Shown here in pieces: positions 52,301-64,000 of a DNA stretch of 64,000 nucleotides. The notes beneath the pieces are model-generated. The model saw only the letters and a list, made by a program, of their open reading frames with translations, did not search any database and was not told the DNA's origin. The position numbers were made by a program, and so were the translations under genes. How positions within the stretch are numbered: position 1 is the first letter of the stretch; each line of letters begins with the position of its first letter. Location of the stretch: positions 930,001-994,000 of the forward strand of contig OZ237738.1 in NCBI GenBank assembly GCA_965178125.1, written 5' to 3'. Source of the stretch: Bilabrum cf. latius. Lineage: Eukaryota.

Positions 52301-53270
52301 CGCTCCTTTGGACCTCGTGCAAGGGTGGGCGCGCGACATGGATGCGTCTGCGCGGCCTGTCCCTGCGGACATGAGATCTCGGCGTGCCGGGTGGTCCGCG
52401 CCGCGGCAATGCGGCGGATGCATCCAGCCACTCAGATGTACCGTCGGAAGAGAGCCCTAGGACTGGCCATCCTCTCAATCTGTCCATGCTCGCAGCCAAA
52501 GAGGGGTCCACCCTCCCGAGCTCCTCCTCCGGGGCGCGACCCCCGGCGTAATTCGACTCGCCCCCTGCAGCCGAGGAGCTATCTCGCAGCCACTCGCCCC
52601 GCTAGGCCCGTCCAGCGGCATACCCTTCTACAATTACCCACGTCCAATCGATTCCAGGGGACGGCAGCGAGTGCAGCGTTCTCCAATGGTGCGGCAGGAA
52701 CTGCCTTGCGTTCAATGCCAAAGTGACCGCTGCAAGGCAAGCGTGGGTGCTACTCCGGTTGTGTGGGGGAGACCGGGGTATAACGGCCTCCTACAATCCC
52801 AAAAGAAGCTATCTAGACAATGGTGAGCGGAGCTACTCGGCCCGAAGGACATCCCGGCCGAGCTACCGGGCGTTGGGATGTGGCAGGCCATTCAATGCAC
52901 GACTGAGCCCTGCCGCTGTTGCAACTAGCTGCTCTCGAGTTGATGCATTGCTACACCAATGCGGAAACGACAAAGAAGCCACTCGTTTGGCCGATTCATC
53001 GGAACTGCTACGCACACAATCTAGCAATGTCTGGATCGCGAGCATTCTAGCGCGATTCGCTTGGACAAGGGTTTCAACCTGTACTGTTAGTTTCGATCTC
53101 AATAAAAAATGCTTCGAATGATCCGTCTCGGTTCGAAGCACTGCCAAAGAGGAATTCTGCAGCGTTGCAGTCGATCTTGGGACGGAATTCGAGCTTGGCA
53201 AAGGTATCAGTCGGCCTCCAGAAAGTAACGCAGTCATCACGACAATAGCTAGACGTATACCGAGGTACAT
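49329..53270 (-). CDS. Large signal-anchored protein with a GT-A glycosyltransferase-like domain (~1310 aa)
   Basis: Seven track ORFs share one frame and the gaps contain only TAG. Motifs MYLGIRLAIVVMTALL, AVTLALNARQFL, WVIVEG, SSDGTSEWL and LLQLDADELW (DxD). Ends TAG-TAA at 49334-49329. Confidence 0.6.
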
Positions 53271-53886
53271 ACTATCACATGTTGCTTTAGCACCGGGCAC
53301 GCGGAAAGTGAGTTGCCAAGAATGTGCGACCTCAGACCATAGCACGCTGCAGTTGCACTTCACGCGACGCGCTCGCCACCCGATTAGTCCATCATCGACG
53401 CCCAATGCAAATGCAGAGTAATCATTGCCATGTGTGTGCGACTTGTGGCATTTGAATCAACGTGCCTGCGCGATGGCACACCTTGACACTGGTCGCTCCT
53501 GCTCGAGCAATCACGAACTGGCTCGCGGCCACAACGCCATCTCTCCCGGCATGTGCTTCAAAGCCGTGTTAGTATCATATGCATACACGTTGCACGCTAG
53601 CGTATCACATCACCATACGAACTGAAGCTATCGGTGCCTCCCCGCGAAAGCCGTGCTTACATAAGGCCTCAAGGCGCGCTCCAGACTGGCCAAGCACCTA
53701 TCGAGGCTGCCTGGCACACGGGGCAAGGGGCCCCTTGCATTGCTGCGATTCCGGCTTCCTGCGATTCCATGTTGCGTGTCATTGCACGCCAATGCAGATT
53801 GCCACATTCCCCAGTCGCTCCTTGGACGCCTCATTCCTGAAGTCGCTACCGCACCCACGGCCGCCTACTGCAAGCCAACGACAAGC

Positions 53887-55280
53887 ATGAAGACCGCCAT
53901 CATCGCAACCATCGCAGCTTACACTGCCATGGCTGCAATCACCGAGGACCGCATGGCCCAGTTCGCGCAATGGGCCGCCCAGCACGGCAAGACCTACGAG
54001 GGCGAGGAGGCCCACCGCCGCCTGGAGATTTTCTCGGCCAACGCCGAGGCCATCGAGGAGCACAACGCCAAGGGCCTGTCGTGGACCATGGGCCTGAACG
54101 AGTTCTCTGATCTGACGAACGAGGAGTTTGCCGCCATCTACACAGGAGGCTTCAAAGGCGCCTCCCACAACGTGAGCGACCTGGCCAGAGTCGCTCGTCG
54201 GACCCAGGGGCAGGGCAGCCTGCCGCCATCGGTCGATTGGACCGCAGCAGGTAAGAAGTAAATGGTATTATGATTGCTTGCGCTTGCTAGCATTTGAATC
54301 CTGGTCCTGGAACACTCAGTTCTTGGACCGGCCAGTCTGGTGTCCGAAGTTGACAGAAGTCGAATTGCCACCTGAGCATTTCGTCCCCCCTAGAGGGTAT
54401 CATGGGACGATGTGTGCTGTTGATCCTAGTAATCATGTCATATCATATTGATTGTGTGTGCTGTAGTGCAAGTGTCCATCCGCTAGCGAGATGATGGTGA
54501 TGTGGCCTAGATTGGAATGCTTGGCGAGATGGTCAACCCGGCCGAACACGTGCTCAGCAAACTAGCCGCCGCGCCATGCACCCATGATTATATTTATCGC
54601 GATTATCGGATTGATTTTCTGTTTCCGCAGGTGCCGTCACACCGGTGAAGACCCAGCAGAGGATGATGTGCGGGTCCGACTACGCATTCTCTGCGGCAGG
54701 TGCCATAGAGGGCATCGACTTCATCAAGAACGGTGGGCCGGTCACCAGCCTGTCCGTGCAGCAGATCGTGGACTGCTCTGGGCCGTACACGAACAACGGT
54801 TGCGGGGGAGGCACCATGATCATGAGCTTCCACTACGCCCAGCAGGTCTTCGGCCTCACCCACGACGTGGACTACCCCTACACCGCCCAGGATGGCACCT
54901 GCCAATGCAATGGCATGGTGCCTCCATGCCTGGTGCGAGTGCCAATCACGACGTTCTCCACCGTGCCGAGCGGGTCCGAGCAGGACCTCATGGCAGCCGT
55001 GGCCAGGCAGCCCATCTCCGTGGCGGTCTCTGCCCAATCGCTCCACTTCCAGAACTACCAGAGCGGCGTCATGACGGCCGCATGCGGCACCCACCTCGAC
55101 ACCGGCATGCTGCTCGTCGGCTATGGCACCCTCAACGGGCAGGACTACTGGAAGGTCAAGAACCAGTGGGGCACCACGTGGGGCGATCAGGGGTACATTT
55201 TGCTGGGCCGGGGGCCTCAGTTCGGGGCTGCTGGGCAGTGCGGGATCCAGATGGATGCGTCATACCCGGAGATCCTGTGA
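53887..55280 (+). CDS. Papain-family (C1A, cathepsin L-like) protein with catalytic residues substituted; intron 54251-54630
   Basis: Signal peptide and I29 propeptide (GLNEFSDLT). Motifs LPPSVDWTAAG|AVTPVK, LSVQQIVDC, GCGGG and YWKVKNQWG. CGSDYAF and LDTGMLLVGYG occupy the active-site positions. Confidence 0.9.
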
Positions 55281-55779
55281 GCGCTGCTCGCGTGCCGAGC
55301 GGGCGGCGAATGCCACCACTGGCAGCCACGAGCCCTTGTTGCTCAAAGGTCGGGCTGCCTGTACCATGTTGATGAAATGTTTGCTTTGCTTGCTAGTGAT
55401 AGATATTGTTGATGCAATTCACCGCCAGACTTGCTATGCCCTGCAGCTTTGAATGCACGTAATACCAAGGAGTACTCCGGCGAAGCCCCTGGCCTTGCAG
55501 GCACGGGCAAATGCTATTCCACCACACTCACAAGACTTCCCGGCCACACGCTCAACTAAATGCATGGACCATGTATCGATATTTGCCTGCCTGCAGAACA
55601 CTTTGCGAACAAAAGTACAACAACAAGCAATCGAACAATACGCACATCGCGCGTCGCACGCCCCTGGCACATACAAACTGAGAATGAGCGTGATCTGAAC
55701 TGAAACTAACTTAAAACAATAACAACAGTCGTATTTGCTCAAATCTGTCGACTAGAACCCGAGACTCTCGCGTGCTGCA

Positions 55780-58700
55780 TCACATCTCCTGCCGGCTCCC
55801 AGACTGCGACGATGTGTAACCATCATCGATGTTCCACGCATCGGACAAGGAACTGTCCGTGTGACCCTTCCCTGAAGAATGGTCAAATCCTAAATGGGCC
55901 ACCGAAGCAGCACGGGAGGAATCATGGTCGCCCACCTTGCTCCTTTCAGCCTCTTGATGCTCCACCCGCTACAGGACCTCCCACCCGCGAGCCGGCATCG
56001 AGGACTGCCTCCTCAGTTCGCGGCGCGCCTAGGTCTCGTGCGAAGCCCCCGCGCCAATGCCTGCCGAGGCATTATTCCCGTGGCTCACCCCCCTTCGACT
56101 GGCAGACCGCGCCCTCTCGCCTCCGTGGGGAGCACCCGCCGACACTCGGCCTCGGGGGCCCATCGCCACCCCGCCCGGGGCAGCATTCGCTCCAGCACCG
56201 CTGCCAATCCCTGCCCCGCCGCGCGGCGATGACCTGCGAGCCGCCTTGTCTAACTCCCGCACATCTCGCTGCCTGGTCCTGTCGCGCACAGCCGCAGACC
56301 TCCTGGCAGAGATGGACACCGTGCTGGCCCGCCGCACCAGCCCCCCTTCGTTCGTGGTGATCCCCGCAACCGCACGCCCGCTGGCCTTGCTGCTGCTCTC
56401 GCTCCTACCGTGGGTTCGGCTGGAGGCACGCGGAACATTCGGCCGAGAGGCACTGTTTTGGCGACTCCCGGGGCGAGACAGGGGCGCGATGGATGCCCTG
56501 CCGCGGCGAGAAGGGCCAGGGGACCGAGACCCATCCGCCGGCAGCACTGCTGGACGTAGACCCAGCGGCGCGCTCAGCATGACCACGTCGGCTCCGTGCG
56601 GGTCAGGGCTGCTGCCACGGCTCTGCGGTGACAATGAGCTGTTGGCTTTGGCAGCCACCATGCTCACGCCGTTGCTGTCGGTAGCAGAGTCAGTCAGGCC
56701 ACGCGCCGTCGGTCTCTTGGTGATCCTGGGACCCAGCTTTCCTGGCGGCGGCGTCCTGCGCTTGCTGCCTCGAGTGCCCCCGGTGGACACCGGCCCCACC
56801 ACTCGATTGCTCGCCCTAGATCGACTGCTAGACCGAGAGGACACCATCTGAGGCGCATGGCCACCGCGGGATCTTCGGCTTCGCTGCTGGCCGAGGCTAG
56901 TCGCCTGCTCCTGCTGTTGCTTGCGCTCCTCACTCTCCGCTTCGCGCCTCTGGCGCACCGCCGACTTGAGCCTAGCGATCACCCGCAGACCCAGGCGCCT
57001 CATGTGCCAGTCCTCGGCCGCATCCAAGGCAGTGCGCTCCACCGCCACCACCTGCACGTACCTGACCCACCGTGCAAATGCCTTGCTTTGCAGCCTCTCT
57101 CGCTGCATGTTCAACACCCACATGTCAAGCTGCCTAGCCCGTTTAGCCTCTTTGGTGGCGTCCAGCAAGCGGAAGAACTCTACCCGAGTACGTCGTAGAG
57201 CCACCTTCCGCGCGAACATCTCCCAGCGGAAGGTTCTAGAGTGCCAGCCACGCAGGCACTTGCGCACAGATGTGAGCTCTCTGCGAACCAAAATCCTCTC
57301 CGCTGCGTCTCTTGCACGCTTCTTGAGCGCCACGTGGTGCGCGAGTCCCACCCACGCGCCTCCCAGGGACACCCGCCTGCGGAACACGTCGGCTACTGCG
57401 GTGGCAGAGCGACCCCATCTCCTGTTCCTGCTCCAGCGCCTCCAGAACTGCAGCATCTCATGAGTGCGCACCCGCCGGAGAGCAACCTCGAACTTGAGCT
57501 GCAAAGCACGCACACCTGCAGCTCGCTTCGCTTCTGCCTTCCAAGCAGACATGGCTCGGCTGCATATTGCCCGCGCGTGGTGTCCCACAGCAGCCCGCTC
57601 GAGGCGGGCCTCGTGCGCCGTCGCCTTGAAGCCCAGCCACCCGCTTCGATAAAGCCTGAACCGGGCAAACAACCTCGCCCGCTCTGCTTTGTCCCTCGCG
57701 TCCTGTCTTTCGGTAGCAAATTCCAGCAGCGAGTCCACGCCCCTGCGGAGGGACCTCTCCCGCTTCCAGGCATGGAGCCGGTGCTCGCACTCCTGCAGCC
57801 TCAGCGCCTCTTTCCACAGGGACCAAGCCGCCGACACTAGCCTGCCAGCGCGACCAGCCGACGCGACCACTCCGCGGGCTCGCAGGCTCACCGTGACCGC
57901 TGCTCGTCTCCTCCACAGCCGCAGGGCCCGCCGCTCTGACCTGAGCTCGAATGCCCGTGCGGCTGCCTTGTCGCGGATCCTGTCCATGGCAGAGTCGCGC
58001 CACGCGCAAAACACGCGAAGCGTTAAGCGGAGGCCATGGTAGATACCGGCGTCCACCATCTGCAGCCGCTCCCTCGCAGTTTCGGCTGCGGCCCCCCTCC
58101 AAGCGTTGAAAAACCGCCTGGCCGACCCGCGCTGCACCTTCTGCATAACCCGTCTTATAAGCTTTGTCTTGTGCGTGCGCCTTCTCCACCGGCCCACGAG
58201 CTGCTTTGCGTGCCTGTGCACGTAGTAGTCTTCTGCAAGCTTGTGGAGCTGCTTCTCAGCGCGCTATGCGGCCGTGTACTGCACCCAGCGCCTCACGTAA
58301 TCCCGCCCTCTATGGACAAACAAGAACACGTTCGCATTCCTGACCCGCCTGCGCTCCTCGCGCTCAGTGGACACATTCAGAGCCAGCTGCTGGATGGCCA
58401 GAGCTGCCTTGCGCCGGAAAAAGTGGCCGTGAGCAAGGCGCATCGCCGCTCGCTGTTGCTGGCATTCCTTCGTCGCGACATTCCAAACGTTGAACTGCTT
58501 GCGCACGAGTCGCTCTCTGCGCCAGATGGTCACCGCTCGCAGTGCGCGCCAGTTCGCGAAGATCTTCGTAAGAAGGCGGCGGTTGCGGTGCTGAGTTGCC
58601 CTGGTCAAGGAGCACCATCGGCGCAGGCTGCTGGAGGCAAGGATCCTCATCTTGGGGCGAACGAAAGCCACGAGTGCGCGCCTCAGCTTGAACTGCTGCG

Positions 58701-61479
58701 TGGCCCGGTCCTTCCACGCCCTGAACGCCACGGCTACCGAGCTGGCGTGCTTCATCAGGATCTTGTCTTCGTACAGGGACATGAAGAGCCGCCAAGCAGG
58801 CGGGCATCGGTCCAGCGCAAACTGAAGCCGCTGATTGCCCTCCCCCTCTACTAGGCCATCCCGCACGTCCCGCACCCGTAGCGAGGCCTCTTCCGCTCTC
58901 TTGATTGCAAGTTGTCTCCAAGCATCGAAGGCGCGCACCGATCCCGAGCCACACAGCCTCTCAGCGGCTTGCTCGAACGGCATCAGGCCCCGCTGCACCC
59001 GTTTTGCCGCGGTTGCCGTGCCGTCAGCTGACCCGCCCTCCTGCTGGAGGAACTTGGATACCTCCGCGAATGCCTCTGCAGGAATCTCACCCTGCTCGTC
59101 CTTGACCCCTCGCACCTGCCCTGCCACAGCCGATGCCGGGCTGCTCCATTCTTTCGCGCCTCGGCTGATCAGCGGTGATGCGCTGCTTCCATGGTTCTCC
59201 TGGTCCTCGCTGTCCGACTCGATCGCAGCGTCAGCTCTAGCCAGCAGTCGCGCAGTCCCAGCGTCAATGGCCGCGGGAGCTGCAGTGCCGCCTCTGTCAC
59301 CGTGCTCGCGCTCCACCCTCTCCTGCATCGCTCGCCTCCTCGCCATGCGGGGCGATAGAGCACCGGCTTGCATCCGTAGGCTGCGCTGCTCGCGCGCCAG
59401 AGCAGTGCGGAGCGACGAAGCAGCTTGCCTGTCTGCCTCGCTCCAGTGGCCCTCCACCGGTGCATTCCCAGCCAGGGATGATACCGCGCGCAGCATGCGG
59501 GCATTCCTCCTCTCGGCAGCCCGGGCAGCGCGCTGCTTGGCTTGGGCGGCTGCACTGGTTGGAGTCAGTGGCTGAGCCGCGCCTGTCGCAGCAGGATCGG
59601 CATGGTCGGTCTGAAGGTCTAAGCCGAACCCTGCCTTTGGCTTCCGCAGCAGGTGGGCCGGTGGCTTCTCCATGGGCACCCGAGTGATCCCGCCTCCCTT
59701 GTTCCCTGAGCCCCTGGCGAGCATGGAAGGAGGCAGCCTGCCGCCCTCGAAAAGATACCTTGCCGCACCAGCGGTTGGCTTCACGCGGGGAGAGCCAGGC
59801 AGCACGTGGCCTTCGTCGTCTTCTGCCACAGCAAGCTGCGTCAGCAGTCGCATCCTTCGGACAGCCACGAGCGCGTTGTGCTGGGACCCCTTGGTGAGGT
59901 CGTGGCGGCGGCGCGTTCGCCTCGGAGACATGGGCAGTCCCACGCGGTCCTGCTCCGGCGGATCCACTCCGAACCGACCCGCCCGGTGCCTCTGAGGGGA
60001 CTAGGGCGGGGACAAGTGCTGCTGTTGCTTTGCAAGAGAGTTGGATGGAGGCGGTTCTTCTCCGCGCGCGCCCTCCTCAGCACCGCCTGCACCTGGGGAC
60101 CGCACTGAGCGCCTGGCAGAGGGGCTGGGTGCTGCATCGAGCAGTCCGTTCGAGCCGCGTTGTCGCCCAACAGACTTGCCAGAATGGGGGTGCTTCTGAG
60201 ACTACCTATGTGCCTATGCTTTCTTCCGTCCAGCGGAACCATCGCCCGCCCCGAAATTGACTTGTTCCCTAGCCCAGCCGTGCCGCTTGAGGACCTTCTG
60301 CGCCTCCGCGTCGACCCGCCGACCCTGCCGCTGCTGCCTGTGTCTAGAGGGATGCGCCCCCGAGGCCCTTTGACTCTCATGTTGCTACTTGAGTCTACGG
60401 GGGTGGACGGGCTGGGTTGGCCTCTAGCCACCCTAGGCGCGCGACCTTTGTCTCGATGGACGCTTGCTCCCGAGCACATCCCCGCGGCCGCCGAGCTGCC
60501 CGTCCCGATGGTAGCCCCTCTAAGAAATATCTCTAGATTGTGCCGTATCTGTCTGCCGAGGAGCTGGCCGTTGTCGCTGCTGGTGCCGTCGAGATTCGAC
60601 ATACGCGCGGGTGTCGTTGCTCTGCAGCTGCTGTGCCTTTTCCTGCTCGTTACCGTCCTCTTCCTCTTCCTCCTCGTCCCCATTGACAGGAGTTGACCTG
60701 GCGCTTGTCGCACTAGCAGGAGATGATATCGGTAGCGTCAGCTTGCCGCCCCTGTGCGACTGCACTGCGTCCATCGCTGCGTCTGCCTCTACTTCCACCC
60801 GTCGGAGCCACACCTTGTCCTGCGGCGGGACAGCGAGGCCATCGTCGGTCGCGTCCCCTGCCGGTCCCTCTGGCTCGTGTGAGGGATCCCTTGGACCGGC
60901 TGTCCCTGGGCGCACGCGCCGCCCTGGGAGACCCGCCTGCCCATCATTGTCGCTATCTCCTGTTGAGCCGTCAGTGCCGCGCCGTATTGCCTCCAGCCTG
61001 GCCTACAGGCTCGCGGCATCGCCGGGCGCAATCCCGGAAGGAATCATCTCTGAAAACGAAGGGGTCCGATACCGTTCGTTTGATTCTGCGCGCGCGACCC
61101 TTCCCACAGTAATTTCTCGCATGGCTCGGGCGACGTGCAGGGCAGTCCAACTGCCATCGCCGGAAGAACGAGAGGCTGACTACTTCTAACCGGACCTGCC
61201 GATATTGGCAACAGATGCATCTCGCGGATCGCGCTCTCGGGTTCCTGTTTCGCTACGCTGCGCCGAATGCGACGATTCCAACGGGCGGGTGTGCCTATCA
61301 ACTTGAACTGCAGGCTTCCCTGTCGATCTGGTCGCCTTTGTGGACTTGTGTACAGACCTACTTGCTCTTAATTCAAATGGATTGCGGGGCGGTTCCCGGT
61401 AAGCTCTTGTGTCTTGAAGGCGAGTGAAAGGAGGAGAGTCACCCGCTCGCGCGCCGTGTGTCTGCCTCGAGCTCGACAT
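55780..61479 (-). CDS. Sfi1-like (centrin-binding repeat) protein; start uncertain
   Basis: Periodic Trp motifs (RAFDAWR, KIFANWR, RRFFNAWR, RVFCAWR, KAFARWV) in an Arg/Ala-rich helical region. One frame across many TAGs; ends in TGA. Confidence 0.65.
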
Positions 61480-62105
61480 TGTGCGGGTCTTTCGGCTTTC
61501 CACGATGCAGGTATCGGCTTCGTCAAGTAAACCAGCCGAAACGTAACCTAATTCACCGGGTGATTATGGTATTGGTTACCAACATCAGATTATTGAACAT
61601 GTGCTCGGATTTGCTGTATAATTCAGATCCATCAATGAATACACACGCTACTTTCATAATATATGCACCCTACTAATTGTTGCTGAAATATCTGGTTTTG
61701 CGAGAAACAACGGATCTTGGTGCTCATGGTGGAGTTGATTGTCGCAGATTGATCGGGTCTGGCAGCTTCCCTCGCAGTGATGCAAGCCTGTGCGCCGATA
61801 TCGCTTCAGAGGGTACCCGACGCGAACTAACCAGCCCAGCATGACTGATGTCAAAGGCTTGTTTGGCTTTGTCCTGTGCCGCCGTCGTCGTGCATACAAG
61901 CACAGCCCATGCGGTATCCAATTCATTTTGTTGAGCCCACCAGGCAAGCCCGAGCAAGCTGGGATACCTTCTAACGAGCGCCAGACTGTGTATAGATTGA
62001 GCGTTCGACTTCGCCGCGTGTCGCCGTTCATCCTTTCCCACCATGTTACACACCACTACCTTACTCCCTTCCCCCGCCCCATGCACGCCCCGCTAGGAAT
62101 TGCAA

Positions 62106-62933
62106 TCATAGAACGCGCAGAACAGCGATGCCATCATGACCTTTTTTTCCAACCAGCTGAATGCCGACGCTTTCTAGGCCCGGGTGAGACGCTGCGTGCT
62201 CGTTGAACCTAGCAGCCCCAATCGCGTTCTGGTCCCCTGGTGAGGGGTCCATGACAGCACCCCCTCGAACGATGTTATCCGCAATTATGAGGCCCCCTTG
62301 TCGCATCAGTGGCAGCAACAGATCCAGGTACTCGCAGTAGGATGCCTTGTCGGCATCCAAGAACGCGACGTCGAACGGAGCAGGTGCTTCCTTGGCCCCG
62401 CGTCCGCAAGCTGCATTCATCTGGGCGAGCGACTCCGCCGCTTTTCCAACGCGAATTTCGCAAATATTTCCAAGGCATGCCCGATGCAAGTTTTGGCGTG
62501 CAATATTGGCATAATTAGCATCAAGCTCCAGAGAAACGAGAGCTCGATCAGCCCGCGGGATCTGCTCTTCTGCTTCGAACGCGGCAGCAAGTTTGCTGTC
62601 TTTCACGAGGCTTCGTCCAAGCCACATTGTGCTATATCCTCCAAGTGTACCAATTTCTAGGATTCTTTCGGCTTTCACCAGCCTGCAGAACATCATCAGT
62701 AGCTTTCCTTGCGTGGGAGAAACGTCGTACTCCGGCAACCCAGCTTCTCTCGCAGATTTTAGGGTGCATTGCGCAGCATCGCTCCAATAATTGGTCAGTT
62801 TATCAGCGGAATCGGATCTATACACGAACGTGGAGTCCAGGTACTCGTCGACCTTGGCAATAATCGGATCCTTCAACACTCTAAACCTTGGCTCAGCGCA
62901 AAATCGCGCAATTGTTCCTCGTGACGAGGACAT
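62106..62933 (-). CDS. Class I SAM-dependent O-methyltransferase (caffeoyl-CoA/catechol OMT family)
   Basis: Motifs VSPTQGKLL, RILEIGTLGGYST, FDVAFLDADK and GGLIIADNI; ends in TGA. Alternative start 62978. Confidence 0.88.
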   Translation of the reverse strand: MSSSRGTIARFCAEPRFRVLKDPIIAKVDEYLDSTFVYRSDSADKLTNYWSDAAQCTLKSAREAGLPEYDVSPTQGKLLMMFCRLVKAERILEIGTLGGYSTMWLGRSLVKDSKLAAAFEAEEQIPRADRALVSLELDANYANIARQNLHRACLGNICEIRVGKAAESLAQMNAACGRGAKEAPAPFDVAFLDADKASYCEYLDLLLPLMRQGGLIIADNIVRGGAVMDPSPGDQNAIGAARFNEHAASHPGLESVGIQLVGKKGHDGIAVLRVL

Positions 62934-63125
62934 GCAATAGCCTATGTGATTATAGTATTTTATTGACTGCCGCATCATCGTGTTCGGCTTTGAGAGTGAA
63001 GGCAGGGCGTTTGAAATGAAGGAGCTGCAGTAAGTGCTCTTGTTCCGGATTCATGCAGGGCACCCGAGCGTATTCAGACAGTCGCTGCAGAGATCACATA
63101 CAGGGTGCTGTCGCTGTTCGGGGTG

Positions 63126-64000
63126 ATGAGAACTATATTTATAGTATCAAGACAACGATGTGGAAGTATCATGGGCAGACGTTACCTCAGTTGCTCTGGG
63201 GCAGCCCTGTTTCGAACTATGTCGACATCGGCTGGCTCAATGTCTCATACGGCGGTCATGCCAGCTGAGGTGGCAGCTGCTGTGCGTATAGGATGCAATC
63301 ATGCCATACAAAGGGCCGGACTTGGGCCGCAGTCGCGTGTAGTGGTCCTGGACGCTACAGTTGGGGGAGGTTCCCACGCGAAGGCAATCCTTGAATCGAA
63401 CCCTAATGCTGTTGTTCTAGGTGTGGACCGTGACCATGAAGTACTGGAGCAGGCATCCAACGCACTGAAAGAATTTCGAGGCCGTGTGCTCCTTGCCCAT
63501 GCCTCGTTCGCAACGATGCCCGAGGTGCTCGCAGCAGCCAAGCCAGCGTTGCAACAGATGGGTGCCTCTGAGATTGCCAGCTGCGAGGGCCTCGCGAGAC
63601 ACGTAGCAGCGAATGGTCCATTCGCCAGCAGCACCGCAACAACACCAGACCAGCCGCAGCAGCTGGCCGATGACCGCCTATCCGTACCGCTGGTCGGTGC
63701 CGTCCTCATGGATCTCGGCATCAACTCCGTGCACGTGGATGACGCATCCAGGGGGTTTTCGTACAGGAGAGACGGGCCGCTGGACATGAGATTTGACAGG
63801 TAGGCCGGCAAGCAGTCCTATTTCGATGCAGACCGCAACGCAGAGGGGGAGCCGCCGCCGAACGCCTTTCCGTACATTTTGGAGACGTTCCAGCACCAGT
63901 CGCGGGGCCAGGGGCCCTCCCAGCCAGAATCCAAAGGGTACCAGCAGCAGAGCATTCGCTTGTTTCAGCCGGGCGAGCCCATACCCGCACCGTTGGAGGG
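63126..64000 (+). CDS. RsmH/MraW (METTL15-like) rRNA m4C methyltransferase, 3' end outside window
   Basis: Motifs [36 protein letters not shown] and GPLDMRFD. The frame stays open after TAG 63801 to the window end. Confidence 0.85.

Noticed and set aside
61724-62086. Short minus-strand ORF as a gene
   Set aside because: No recognisable motif or supporting codon bias.
63799-63806. AG|GTAGG as an intron donor removing the TAG in the RsmH-like gene
   Set aside because: This cannot be excluded, but it is unnecessary because the frame remains open to the window end. I did not use this TAG as evidence for the code.

Overview
GC-rich, gene-dense, intron-poor eukaryotic (protist-like) nuclear DNA. 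The main result is a non-standard genetic code: TAG behaves as a sense codon, almost certainly Gln, while TGA ends nearly every gene and TAA is not seen inside genes. The supplied ORF track is therefore fragmented. Reading TAG as Gln joins the fragments into about 20 coherent genes, and TAG aligns with CAG/CAA in paralogous copies within the window. Bases 1-12.8 kb hold a tandem cluster of four C2H2 zinc-finger genes. Each has an 87-bp minisatellite array that varies mainly at DNA-contact positions, and the three complete copies have an N-terminal SIM-like motif. The cluster also carries five copies of a ~510-bp insertion element and a 3' fragment of an ATR kinase gene. The rest encodes a SpoU/TrmH methyltransferase, a large unknown protein, an 85-bp satellite, an unusual tRNA-Ile(GAT), a membrane RING-H2 protein with a poly-(Gly-Ala) tract, and a PstS/Cys-rich/multi-TM receptor-like protein. 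It also encodes an aldo-keto reductase, a dCTP pyrophosphatase, two DUF4091/GH123-like paralogs, RRN3, a sialate O-acetylesterase, a glycosyltransferase-like protein, a papain-family protein lacking its catalytic Cys and His, an Sfi1-like protein, an O-methyltransferase and an RsmH/MraW-like gene. All calls are by eye with no database searches, and the organism cannot be identified from this window.
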